From Eledone cirrhosa (lineage: Eukaryota): DNA of 64,000 bases. The stretch lies in NCBI GenBank assembly GCA_964016885.1, contig OZ024740.1:416764001-416828000 (forward strand), given 5' to 3'. This document shows positions 49,921 to 63,327 of the stretch, piece after piece. Each line of letters begins with the position of its first letter. The first letter of the stretch is position 1. The notes below the pieces were generated by a model. It had not been told where the DNA came from. It ran no database searches and saw only the letters and a program-made list of their open reading frames with translations. Both the position numbers and the translations under genes were made by a program.

Positions 49921-50905
49921 GTGGCGGAGGCGCAGCATAGTAATAAAACCACAATTCGGTCTTTAACGGACCGAAACGGACATGAGACAATTGATTCCAA
50001 GCGGATGTGTGAGGCCTTTCACCAGCACTTTGCTCGATTGTTTGGGGAGAGTGGCGGGTCAGAGACAGTAGCAGATTTCAGTCCCTACCTTGACTGCTTA
50101 CCGTGCATCTCGACGGTCGATACTGAACGCTGCAAAAGACCGATTACTTCAGCTGAAATTCAGGACGCCCTTGTTGGCAGCATGAGGCGCAAGTCACTCA
50201 GTTTGGATGGCCTGCCCTACGAGTTTTACATAATATGACTTGTTCTCTGATCTCATCGAAGCGCTTGGAGTAGTACCAGTCCTGTGACCAGGGTGGTGAC
50301 AAGAACAAGAGGGATACATTAGACAACTTCAGGCCCATAACTCTGCTCAACACAAAGTTTAAGATTTTGGTCAAGGTGTTAGCAAAGAGATTGGCGCTCA
50401 TCGTCGAGGATTTGGTTGGGGAGGCACAAACTAGCGCAATCCCAGCCAGGTCCATATATGACAACCTCCACCTCATGCGATACATCATAGAGAGGGTAGG
50501 GTGTAAACCTGGCTTCGGTGGGGCACTGATCAATTTAGATCAATCAAAAGCATTCGATAGGGTCGACCATCGGTATCTGGAGGCTGTCCTCAAAGCAGCT
50601 AGCTTTAGCCAAGTCGCTGCAATACGCAACGGTACCTGCTCGGTGGTCAAGGTTAATGGCCACCTCTCGGAACCGTTTCGGCTCTCCCGATCTGTCCATC
50701 AAGGGTGCCCTCTCTCTTCCCTTCTGTATGTATTGACTCTCGAGCCTTTAGTGTGGAAGCTGGAGCTGTTGCAAGGATGCGGAAAGGCTGTGTTGGCTTA
50801 TGTGGACGACATCACCGTGATGGTGTCGGACACCTTGGAAATCGAGGTGTTTGGCACCTTATTGAAGGAATATGAAAGGTTGACGGGAGCCAAACTTAAC
50901 CTGTA
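49921..50905 (+). mobile_element. Degenerate L1/Tx1-clade LINE RT fragment
   Basis: NFRPITLLN, LAKRL, LDQSKAFDRVDH, SVHQGCPLS and YVDD motifs, with deletions and frameshifts. Confidence 0.88.
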
Positions 50906-51367
50906 AAAGTCATTCCTAACGTCTTCACGAGCCAAAGTATCATCTTCCTGTTTTCTTTCGGTTGCAACGTTTTTCGAAATATTTACTTCTGCGTTCACAG
51001 ATTGATTTCACAGAAGATTCCGTTAATGGTGAAAGCAGCGATTCTTTGCTTAAACTTTAATGTTATTTTAATATATGTATATAATTATATGCATACACAA
51101 AAACAAAATATAAACAAACGTATTTATTTCATGAAAGCACAAACGGCTTATCGTCATTGTTACTGCCGATATACCACCCAAAAAGTCCTAGCTTGGCCGC
51201 AAGTTCAGATTTTCCAGAATAAAAAAATGTTATAACAAACGTATTTATTTCACGAAAGCACAGACGGCTCATCGTCATTGTTACTGCCGATATGCCACCC
51301 AAAAAGTCCTAGCCTGGCTGCAAGATCCGATTTTTCCAGAAGAAAAAATGTTACTAGAGCAACAGAG

Positions 51368-52275
51368 AGACTAAGTTTCGCGATTACCATCAACAAAGCT
51401 CAGGATCAAACCCTAAAAGTGGCTGGCCTTCATCTGGGAAAACCAAGGTTAATTGTATGTAGGATGCTCTAGGGTGAGCTCGCCAAACAATCTCTTCATC
51501 TTTGCTCCCGAGGGCCGAACAAAATATATTGTATACTCTGAGGCTCTAACAAAGTAATTTATGTATTTTCTGTTACTTGGAATTTCCATTATGGTTGTAC
51601 AAATTATTGTAAAGTTTGTTAACAAATTTGTTCTCTGTTCAACCTTTTTTGTTGTAACTATCAATTTTCTTTACCGTACTGGCTGAGAAAAGAAACCTAC
51701 AATGAAAGAACATCTTAAAGTTTACCAAAGCCAAATGTTGTATTTATTAACATTTCTAACTGCAGATACTTATGAAGCTTACTGGCGCTTTAGTATGGTA
51801 TTCAATTCTCATATCGTTTTTGATTGATATGGTGCATATATCGCAGCTATTCATATGTTTTAAACATTAGATAACGATTGCTGGTGTATATTGTACGACA
51901 GAATTAGCTGAAAAATATTTTGAATGAACAAATAAAAGAGATATAAAAGTTCCTTCGCGTATCACACGAAAAAAACGAAAAGTGACAAGCGGAAAGTATG
52001 TACAGGATTGGGATAAGAGTATATCCAGGAAAGTTTATTGATACTAATTTTATAACACCAAAGAAGAAGAAAGACATGCCACGTATGCTAACCAGCCTGG
52101 CTGCTATTTCTAGCAGGTTGGGAATCAACCATAAGGGATTCTCTCTGCGAGTTCGTTGTCAGTGATGATCGTGTTTCGCAGCCTATATCTCCCATTCCAA
52201 CGGTGGATTACACACACACACGCACACACACACACATATATATATACACACACACATACACACACACACACACAT

Positions 52276-52324
<49 letters not shown>

Positions 52325-52463
52325 TATATATATATATATGTACACAAACACACACAAACATACACACTGTAAACAAGACAATGCATTCAATACAGACATT
52401 TTCTCTTCTGCCGGTCTTCTCTTATCATTTGTTAACCTTGGCGAAGCTGGGTACCTCAGCTAG
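51368..52463 (+). mobile_element. Helitron 3' part: PIF1-like helicase C-terminus remnant, 3' UTR and CTAG end
   Basis: RLSFAITINKAQDQTLKVAGL, then LYVGCSRVSSPNNLFIFAPEGRTKYIVYSEAL; ends ccttggcgaagctgggtacctcagCTAG-t. Confidence 0.85.
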
Positions 52464-52471
52464 TATATATA

Positions 52472-52692
52472 TATGCCACCGCTGCATGTGTGTGTGTGTA
52501 TAAACTAGGAAGAAATGAGTTTCTGTTCTGATTGGATCCTCTCTATATAGAATTGTAACACAATAAATTGAGTTCAAATGCATCACTGATTTTTCGTTTT
52601 CTAATCTATATATATAGGATCCAATCAGAACAGTAACTCATTTCTTCCTAGTTTACAGATACGCATGCACACACACATGCAGCGGTGGCATA
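52472..52692. mobile_element. Palindromic MITE-like element in (TA)n; second copy at 59080-59302
   Basis: Inverted arms of about 75 bp: tgccaccgctgcatgtg...aaactaggaagaaatgagtt.ctgttctgattggatcct. Confidence 0.75.
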
Positions 52693-52711
52693 TATATATA
52701 TATATATATAT

Positions 52712-55700
52712 AAAGGAAAAAGTATGACCCCGACGGCAGAGCTCAAGCCGTTTCGACGGCTATTTCTGGACTAAATTAGAATTTTTAGCCTGGTGAATAA
52801 ATAGCCGAACTTATCAAGGGGGTACTTCCTTATATGGGAAGATTGTAGTTGTCAAGAGGATTGGTTAAAATTTGTTGTAAACACAAATAAGTTTATCATG
52901 GCATTTGGTGGGCGGTAGGGGTGGCTGAACTTGCCTGTAGAACAATAGGGGAGTGAGTGGAGCGGTCAAGCGTTGAAAGTGATATGTATACACCAGATTC
53001 TAAGGATAGTGTATGAAGTGGAGGAGGGAGGTTATAGAATAGGTATATCGAATGAGAGTAGGGGACAATAAAAGATAATAGAAAGAAATAAAAAAATATA
53101 TAAAATTAGATAGTGGGAAATGAATAAAAAAAATCACAATGCTATCTTACAATTACAGGTTAATAAGTTGAGAATAGAAAAAAAACTTGTAGAAATTGAG
53201 TAGTACCAGAACTGATACAAAATTAAAGGGGTTTTAACACATCTGCTATAAGTAGTTAGTAAAACTTATTCGGCCAATCTATCTTAAAATTACAGGGTTG
53301 GGGGAACTTATGCTACAGATGCCCGATGGGCTGCATCGGGGTAGGCGAAAGGGGAAAGCAGACGAGGAAAAAATAGGGGGTGGAAGGAAGTGATAGGATG
53401 AGACAGAGGGGAGAAGAAGACAAAGAGGAAAAGAAAAGAGATACATCTACCTTTGTAAGCTGGGGTTTCCCCTAACTTATTAGGCAAGTGGGGGGGATCA
53501 GCCCTTGTCTACCCACCCGGGTCGTTATGGGTTTTGAGGGCGAGGTAAATCCTACGCAATCTGTGTTTGCATGCGGTTACCAGTTCGTCTTTCTTGTTTA
53601 GGAGTTGGTCCTTCGAAAACAGCATTTGTAATGTTTCCTCCGAGCATAAGTTACACGGACGGCGTCCTCCCGTGTAAGAGTTAGCTCTGGACAGTAAGCT
53701 CCAAGTGAGATTTTAGGTTATTGGAGGTCCCAGATGTGGCCTGAAAGTGTAGTTGCATGTCGCCGGACCGGGTTTCGGAAAGTATGTCGGTATTGGTAGA
53801 GGCGGGTCTTGAAGTCACACGCGGTTAATCCTATATAAGCTTTGTTGGAGGTGTCCGTCCTCACGTTGCACTGGTAGATCACGTTAGGTTCTCGGCATTT
53901 GTTGTTGAGGGGGCACGTAGATCTATCAGGGCAGTTACACCTCCTGGTCGGCTCTCCACTGATGTCTAGGTTATTTCTTACATAGGGGTTGAGTTTTTTG
54001 TTGTTTGAGGAGACCATGTTTTGTGCGAAGTTAGGTGTGGTGTTGTAGGAGAGTTTGGTGGTGTTTTTGTTGATTATGTTGTGGTAGCGGTGTTGTAGTG
54101 GGAAGTGTTTTTCGAGGAGTCTAAAGAAGATTTTCCCGATAGGTGTTGCCACCTCGGCATTATGGGGAGGATTGAACCACGTTACGTTGCGTGAGTGGCG
54201 GTGTCGCCTGCTGGTTCCGCTAAGGGAAGCTAGATAAAAGGCTATTTCCTCCCGGAAGCCACTCCGCTTGAGGGCCTGGTTGTAATGAGGCGCGTGTTCG
54301 TCGAATATCTGCTCATTAGCGGACAAACGAGATATGCGGAGAGAGATGTTTTTAACCAGGTTATTGGTGATGTTTCTAGGATGGTTAGAGCGGCGGTGGA
54401 TGTAGTGCAGGTTGTCGTTTGGTTTCCTGTATGGGTAGTACAGATCATTTTCGAGGTTAAGGGTAACGTCCAGGAAATTGACTCGGGTTAGGGACGTTTG
54501 AAGGGTGATTTTAAATCTCCAGTCCCAGAAGAAGTTGATTAGTTGTTTACGGACCCGGTCTGTACTACTGGGGTTGTACCCTTTGAGTGTGAGGAGCCCA
54601 TCATCCCGTTACAATCCACCGCCGAATGCAGGAAACATTTCGGTGAGTTTAAATAGTAGGAATAAACCTATAAGATCTGTGACCTCGGCCGAATCCGTCG
54701 CGCCCATACTGACGTCGAAGGGGGAGTCGGGAGCACTCTTTATCCACTTGGAGTTGTTGAAAAGTAGGACTGCCTTCCTGGCGTGGAGAATGATATTTCT
54801 TTCCTAGTCAGTGATGGGTGTGAGTGTTTCGGCAAAGTCCAAGGCGGCCGTAAGGAGCGGTAAGGTAATAGATGCATAGTAACTCTCTATGTCAAACTGG
54901 ATGAATGTTGTGTCTCGTTTGTCCTCCATATTCCTGAACCATCAGATTACTTCCTGGGTACTGACCCATAGCCTAAGTCTCACGTTTGCTTAACTTTTGG
55001 TATAACTCGGTCTAGGATCTTTTTACTGATTCTTCCTATGTCCGACTTCGTTGGGTTTATAAGCCTAATGGATGGTTTGCGGTCGAAGTCGGATTTGTGG
55101 TCCTTCAGTGTGAAGTAGGGAGTCCGTGGGTCTAGGGGTTCAGTGTGGTCGGCGACCCCGAGGCTGTAGGTAATTTTTTGTCCACCTCGATTTATGTCCT
55201 CGATAATTGAATGGTTAGCCTTTTTATAGGTGGAGTTTAGGCTTCTCCTGATCAGTGTGTGGTATCTGTCAGGGTTGACGAAGTAGAGGTTTCCAGTTTT
55301 GTCCGAGTGCACCATGATGTCGTTGGTGTTTTCATACTCTGTTATTTTGCTACGGAGTTGTTGTAGGAATCTGTTGTGTCTGGGTTTGAATTTAATGCTC
55401 TTGACCAGGTAGAAAAGGTCGTTCTCGAAGGGTGAGAGCATAGGGTTCGGAGGGGGAGATTTGTAGGTATTGAATGCGAATCTCTCTTTGGTGTCGAAGT
55501 CCTGATTGTCGCGGTATCTATCGTAGAAAAAAGTTCTCCATCTTAGTCTTTTCGCAAAAAGGTCGATTTTTTGCGTGAGCATCCGAAGGTAAAGTTTTCT
55601 CGGTGGAACTGGGATGTTCTTGGTGGAGAAGTCAATGTTGTGTTTTCGCATCGTGCGGGTGAAGAAACTTGAGCTGGGTGAAAAAGTCGGGATATGGCGT

Positions 55701-55760
55701 GGTAGAGTCGGAAAGTGCTCTACTAGAGAGATGGGAGCTAAATAACAAAGGAATTGTGGT
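52712..55760 (-). mobile_element. Penelope-like retroelement, near full length but disrupted (RT and GIY-YIG endonuclease)
   Basis: DKTGN, KPSIRLINPTKSDIGRISK, FIQFDIESYY and GGL*RDDG; HPHYNQALKRSGF-like stretch, WFNPP, CNCPDRSTCPLNNKC, VIYQC...YIGLT; internal stops. Confidence 0.93.
52727..52823 (-). ncRNA. Putative type I hammerhead ribozyme in the Penelope terminal repeat
   Basis: Minus strand: cccc-UUGAUAA-g.. cggcuauuu...aaauagccg.c-GAAA-cggc uugagcucu gccg-UC-gggg. Confidence 0.7.
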
Positions 55761-55774
55761 AAGGAACCAAGGGA

Positions 55775-57306
55775 GCCGAGGATTACCCTTAAAGATCATA
55801 AGCCAAACTTTGAGTCCGACCTCCCGGTTAGACTAATAGCCTCCTCCAGATCGGACCTAGGGATCGTCAGTAAAAGCATACTAGATAGGATTTTGCCTAA
55901 GCTTCGGAAAAAACTAGATTACAGCAATGGTCATGCACGAGAGAGGTAATAGAATGGTTTACGATACTACTTGAGAAAAGTAGGACCAGCTTTATCCAAT
56001 TGGATATTGCCGGCTACTACTGCTCAATCTCGCCCATAGTGCTTAATAAGGCTCTTATTTTAGCGATGTCCAATACGGACCTAACCCGCGAGGGGGTGGG
56101 CATCATCCACGCCGCCGGAAAGACCTTGATCTGTTTCGGTGGAGACCTTTGGACCAGGAGTGATTGGCCAAATAACTTTGACATCACGATGGGCTCCAGC
56201 GACTCCGCACAGGTAATGGACCTGGTTGGGCTCTTCCTGTTGAAGCAGATAAAAGAAGAAATCCCCTGCCTGGGCGGCGGATTGTATCGCGACGATGCTC
56301 TCTTCGCCGTCTATGACCACAGCACCACTATGGTGGAGAGAATGGAGAGGCGAATTAGGCATTTCTTTAAGAACCATGGGCTCACTATTGAACTAGACCC
56401 AAATAGAAAGGTAGTTAACTTCCTAGGCACCACCCTAAACCTGAGCACCGAGCAATACTACCCCTATCACAAGCCCAACGAGAAACTGGTATATGTTAAC
56501 GCCAAGTCAAACCACCCTAGATCCATAATCAAGGCCGTAGTGAAGAGTGTCTCGGACAGGATCTCCAACCTGTCCGCCAATAAGGAGATCTTCGATAGCA
56601 ACACAGAATATTACAACGCAGCTCTAAATAAGGCGGCGCATGACCAAAATATATCATATAATCCGAAGCGCCATGATAGGGATAGCCCATCGGACACCCC
56701 GACCCACGTTATCTGGGAGGAGGAGGGGGGAACCCTAACAGTACAGGCAGAGTGGAAACAACTAAATACCATGAACCCGACACCACCACATTAGTGAAAG
56801 GGACGCGTACGCATAACCATGGGAGGAAACCCAGTACGAGTAGCGGTCTCAGGGGTGATACTAACCTCCTAGGGCCCGACGCCCCCAACTGAGAGACACG
56901 AAGTGGGACTGATGGAGGATCATCCCATTGTAGAACTCTCAGCGTGGGCAACAACCACCCCACAGGTACGGCCCGGGAAGCTAGCAAAACACATAGCGCC
57001 CAAAGGGGAAGCAACAATGCGGGAACCACTAGCAACCCAACAACTCCCCAACATCCCACAGCACGCTCAACCCACCCACATAGGAATAGACGCAGAAAAA
57101 TCACGTGGTACAACCCACCCTACTCAGCGGTCCTAAAGAACATCATTGCCCGTTCATTCTTTAGAGCACTAGATAAATGCTTTCCGAGGGACCATAGATA
57201 CCATAAGATCTTCAACAGACACACTGTGAACTCTCTTATTCTACCACGTGAAATGTAGCCCAGCATATAGCTAGCATCAATAGGGGTAGACTTAAAAGAC
57301 ACCCAC
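55775..57306 (+). mobile_element. Second Penelope-like element fragment (different subfamily, opposite orientation)
   Basis: DHKPNF, FIQLDIAGYY, FDITMGS, GGLYRDDAL, SNHPRSI and ITWYNPPYS motifs; truncated before the GIY-YIG domain. Confidence 0.9.
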
Positions 57307-57755
57307 ATTCAATTCTCATATCGTTTTTGATTGATATGGTGCATATATCGCAGCTATTCATATGTTTTAAACATTAGATAACGATTGCTGATGTATATTG
57401 TACGACAGAATTAGCTGAAAAATATTTTGAATGAACAAATAAAAGATATAAAAGTTGGTTCCTTCGCGTATCACACGAAAAACACGAAAAGTGACAATCG
57501 GAAAGTATGTACAGGATTGGGATAAGAGTATATCCAGGAAAGTTTATTGATACTAATTTTATAACACCAAAGAAGAAGAAAGACATGCCACGTATGCTAA
57601 CCAGCCTGGCTGCTATTTATAGTAAGTTGGGAATCAACCATAAGGGATTCTCTCTGCGAGTTCGTTGTCAGTGATGATCGTGTTTCGCAGCCTATGTCTC
57701 CCATTCCAACGGTGGATTACACACACACACGCGCGCACGCACGCACGCACACAGG

Positions 57756-57915
<160 letters not shown>

Positions 57916-58057
57916 TATATATATATGTACACAAACACACACACCATACACACTGTAAACAAGACAATGCATTCAATACAGACATTTTCTCTTCTGCCGG
58001 TCTTCTCTTATCATTTGTTAACCTTGGCGAAGCTGGGTACCTCAGCTAGTATATATA

Positions 58058-59075
58058 CCAGATAGAAAAATGCGTACAGCAAAAAAAAGTAATATTGTTG
58101 GAATATAAACCTTTAAAAATACAGGACAAGAAACTAAAATAAAACTTTAAAAGAATAGGACAAGAAACTAAGATAAAACTTTAAAGAATTGGACAAGAAA
58201 TAAAAAATTTTACAATAATATTAGTGGCAACATTTTTATTGGTAAAAAATCGAGTTCCACATTCATAGGCTCTGGGTTCCACATTCAGAGGTCGTCGTCA
58301 GACCGGGGGGATCATTTGATCCTGGTTTGAACACCAATTGGGCCATAACCATACCTCTATTTCATCATTCGGCGACACGCCTCATGTGTCATGCATAATG
58401 TGAATGGACCCATGGGCCCATGAGCACAGATCTTGAGCAGCAGCGGACGTTCTTGTCGTCCCGCTCATCCTTGATCTTGACCAACCCGTCCATCTTCTCC
58501 TTGCATCTTGTCCTTGAGTTCAAGTCCGGCAGTCCAGATGAATGCGTGCCACAGCTTTTTGGTACAGGAAGGGGGAGCAGGAGGACTGGAGGGATGACGG
58601 GACAGAGGGAGGGAGGACCGGTGGTTGAGGGAGGTGCCGTAGTCGGTGGTCAGAGTCGACATCTTGTCCCGGTCGTCTTCTCCATCTTCGTCTGGTGTTG
58701 CGGGACCAGAAGTGCATTCTTGGAGGAGACCTGCAGCTGCATCGGCCAATTCTTCTTGCAATGGTCATTCTGACGGAGCAGAACTGCTCAGCCAACCAAC
58801 CCCAACCAGAACCAACCGCTCAGGGGCAACGCACAATGAGAGCATGACAATTATTATGCACTAATCAAGAAGATACTGGGGCATAGCACAGGAAACGAAT
58901 AAAAAAATGTTGCCACTAATATTATTGTAAAATTTTTTATTTCTTGTCCAATTCTTTAAAGTTTTATCTTAGTTTCTTGTCCTATTCTTTTAAAGTTTTA
59001 TTTTAGTTTCTTGTCCTGTATTTTTAAAGGTTTATGTTCCAACAATATTACTAAACGGACTACCGTCCGTTTAGG
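58058..59075. mobile_element. Unclassified element with about 150-bp subterminal inverted repeats, a GC-rich core and a terminal hairpin
   Basis: IRs at 58089-58240 and 58898-59052; hairpin ctaaacggac-tacc-gtccgtttag at 59051-59074; inserted in a (TA)n tract. Confidence 0.7.
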
Positions 59076-59295
59076 ATATATATGCCACCGCTGCATGTGT
59101 GTGTGTGTATAAACTAGGAAGAAATGAGTTTCTGTTCTGATTGGATCCTCTCTATATAGAATTGTAACACAATAAATTGAGTTCAAATGCATCACTGATT
59201 TTTCGTTTTCTAATCTATATATATAGGATCCAATCAGAACAGTAACTCATTTCTTCCTAGTTTGCAGATACACATGCACACACACATGCAGCGGT

Positions 59296-59352
<57 letters not shown>

Positions 59353-59363
59353 GAAAAAGTATG

Positions 59364-59460
59364 ACCCCGACGACAGAGCTCAAGCCGTTTCGACGGCTAT
59401 TTCTGGACTAAATTAGAATTTTTAGCCTGGTGAATAAATAACCGAACTTGTCAAGGGGGT
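59364..59460 (-). ncRNA. Second copy of the putative hammerhead ribozyme
   Basis: Core UUGACAA...GAAA...UC; the stem changes relative to copy 1 are G-U wobbles. Confidence 0.65.
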
Positions 59461-59591
59461 ACTTCCTTATATGGGAAGATTGTAGTTGTCAAGAGGATTG
59501 GTTAAAATTTGTTGTAAACACAAATAAGTTTATTATGGCATTTGGTGGGAGGTAAGGGTGGCTGAACTTGCCTGTAGAACAATAGGGGAGT

Positions 59592-59668
<77 letters not shown>

Positions 59669-60282
59669 AAGGACAATGTGACACTGGGGGGGGGGTATCT
59701 TTGCAGTAGAGTGATGGGGGCAGGTATACCTAGCCGAGCACCAGCCGGACGGGGCATTAGCATATATATATAATGTACAGTGTGAGTCATATGTAGTGAT
59801 ATCTGAAGCACTTATAGGAGAAGGTTGAAAAATATTTGGCTCTATTCAATCTACAAGTGAGTAAATAACTTTATTGTTTCTATATGAATGTACTTACTGC
59901 TGACTATCTCTCAACTGGATAGTGTTTCATTTAGCTTATATGAATTTACGCTCTGGACTTGTTGAATAACTTAACCCTTTAGCATTTAAACTAGCTGTAT
60001 CTGGCCAGAATTTTCTCACCTCTTTCTGTTCAAACCAGCTGTAACTGGCCATTCATTTCGATGTTAACCCTTTAGCATTTTCATTTCTTTATAAATACAA
60101 TTGTGTTTTCATGGTAAACACTTTATCTCATAACTATCTCACATAATATCAAATCTATGATATTTTGATATTATTTATTTTGAGAAGAATAACTTAATAT
60201 AAATATGAGCAGCCGGTTATGGCCAGTTTGAACAGAAAGAAGTGAGGCAATTCTGGCCGGATATATATACATATATATATAC

Positions 60283-60345
<63 letters not shown>

Positions 60346-60522
60346 CATATATATATACATATATATACATGCATATATATATATACATATATATATATAC
60401 ATACATATATACATATATATATATATACATACATATATATATACATATATATATACATACATATATACATATATATATATACATACATATATATATACAT
60501 ATATATATATATACATATGTGA

Positions 60523-61248
60523 TTTATTTCTTCAACAAGTCTTGCGTTCTTTAGTCTCAGCGGGTGTTTTCTAGCAGTAAATTTCGCTATAGACACGTGG
60601 TTTTCTCCAAGGGAGGTAACCCCCGTTTTGTTGGTGAATTCGAAATTTGAGACAAAGGAATGAAATTCCCTTAGACAAACCGAATTAAGCACTCAACCAG
60701 AAGTTATCAAACAAACATAAACAATTAATCAATCAATGAGCACTTTTATTCGATATGTGTATTTCCACATTTCCTCGAATAGTTTTCGCGGATGTAGAGG
60801 TTATCTCCCTTGCCGAATTCCATGTGCGTTTTTTGCTTGTAGTTAGCCTCTTTTCCGTTAGGACGAAGATCGTTGAAGAAGTATATCCAGTCCGCTTGTT
60901 CTAGAAGTCTTATATATTTATATGTGAGCTGATAGAATACAGTCTAAGGATTTACAGAAACCCAAGAAGCTAGATTTAACACCTTTCTAGTGGGTCCGGG
61001 TATGATTTTACATTCATTTAAACTATTGATTTATTGATTTATTGATTTATTGATATTTTTTATCTGATTGCCCCGAATCTTCTATTATCGATTTTTTTAT
61101 CGTACGGTTGATTTTAGACTTGTTCTATGTGTGACGGTATTTTAACGATAGTTATAGCTCTGATTTATCTGAATCATTGAGCCCTCTGCCGCTCATTTCG
61201 AATTTTGTTTATCGTGAACTCGTGCGCCGATTTTTCGATACTCGATCA

Positions 61249-61292
<44 letters not shown>

Positions 61293-61296
61293 ATGT

Positions 61297-61336
<40 letters not shown>

Positions 61337-61381
61337 GTATATATATATGTATATATATATACATACATATATATATACATA

Positions 61382-61460
<79 letters not shown>

Positions 61461-61679
61461 ATTGATTGATTGATTAATTGTTTATGTTTGTTTGATAACT
61501 TCTGGTTGAGTGCTTAATTCGGTTTGTCTAAGGGAATTTCATTCCTTTGTCTCAAATTTCGAATTCACCAACAAAACGGGGGTTACCTCCCTTGGAGAAA
61601 ACCACGTGTCTATAGCGAAATTTACTGCTAGAAAACACCCGCTGAGGCTAAAGAACGCAAGACTTGTTGAAGAAGTAAA
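60523..61679. repeat. About 215-bp near-identical inverted repeat pair
   Basis: 60523-60737 is the reverse complement of about 61465-61679, with about two mismatches. Confidence 0.9.
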
Positions 61680-62392
61680 TCCTTTGTTCTGTCGTCAAAG
61701 GCCATTAACTTGCAGACCCCTCCAAGCGGAATTAGTCGATCTCGGATTTACAGAAACCTAGCGTGGATGTTGTATGATGTATGTGATGTATATCGTATGC
61801 TATACGATATACATTATATATTGCATTTGGTCTCCGCGCGATGGTCCAGGTGAGTCTAAAATCTTTTCCTGAGTCCAACCATTTTCGTTGCTATGGCAAT
61901 GCGGCTGGACTGCCGATCGCTATATTTGATTTGCAAAGCTGTCTAAATGTATTGTTATTACTCAGGGGTATTATTCTCTATCGAGTGCTAAACTACATTC
62001 CGAATATTTGCATTCGTTAGCTTATCCGCAACCTAAAGCTTCGTTAATGCTATACTAAAATTTGTATATATATATATATATATATACATCATCATCATCA
62101 TCTTCGTTTAACATCCATCTTCCATGCTAGCATGTGCATATATATATATATATATATATATTTGTCTTGTGGTAGCTAAGATGCGTCCATAGGCGACATG
62201 CCGGTTGAGCACTCTATGCTCCTACGGAGCAGAGTATGATACAATGGAAAACGAAGAATCAGTGATGCATCGGAACTCAATTTATTGCGTATTACAATTG
62301 TTTCTCCGGTGAACAGCTTGAGGTGCGATCTATTGGTGGATTTGTAATACGCAATAAATTGAGTTACGATGCATAACTGATTCTTCATTTTC

Positions 62393-62443
<51 letters not shown>

Positions 62444-63327
62444 GTTTAAGAGTAACCAATCTTAAAGAGAGAGATGGAGATAGGAGAGGAGAGATTGGCG
62501 AATTAGTTAGAAGCCAAAGCGTAAAGGCATGTGCTCAATGTGCAATATGCAGTAGAAAGCAGCTAGGTGGCTGGGTTCATGCAGAAGTTAGGCGCGCAGA
62601 GCTGGAAATATTCATTAGTTAAGCAAAACAAGACCACAAATTTCACAAGGAAGACATTATTAAAAGATTGTCAACATATTTTAGTTTGATGTAAGGAATG
62701 TAGAGAATAATAATAATATTAATAATAATAATTGTTTCTACTTTTGGCTCAAGGCCAATAATTACCCAGTGCATTACTGGTACTTTATTTTATTGACCCC
62801 GTAAGGATGAAAGGCAAAATAATAATAATGTCCATTTACAATTTTTTCGCTACATATAATATTTCTGGATCAGATGATTATATATCATTATTGATCTGGT
62901 TCAGTTGAAAATAATTAACATATTTAAAAACAGAGCGGCTCATCGGAACTTCAAAAGAATATAAATTAAAATAAGGAGAGAATGGCACATAATGTAATGT
63001 TCCATATATTGGTATTTCACTATGGTGTCCTGGTTGTATCAGTTGTCAGCCATAATCAAGCAGTATTCATCTGTCGAGGCTGCATTGTGTGAGATCTGCC
63101 TATGGGTAACAAGATGGTTGCCAATGGACATATTTACCTTACTAATTAGAGGGTGGTTTCAGGGGAAGTAACTCCTCGAGAGATTAGAAATTGTGGGTAG
63201 TTTATAGTTAAGTGCTAATTTTTTAATTTTTTAATTGAGAGACAATGTAGGGGAGGTAACGTATAATTATCTAAGTTAGTTATAGCTATTTAACTTATTA
63301 GCTACAAGTAAAAATGGGGGTAGATGA

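Noticed and set aside
59880-59960. Possible upstream exon ending at a gtaagt donor near 59892-59897
   Set aside because: There is no Cys pattern or integrin similarity and no convincing acceptor in a compatible phase.
60171-61761. Two ORFs starting [13 protein letters not shown] as duplicated genes
   Set aside because: They are the two arms of an inverted repeat. One runs into (TA)n and neither has a recognisable domain.
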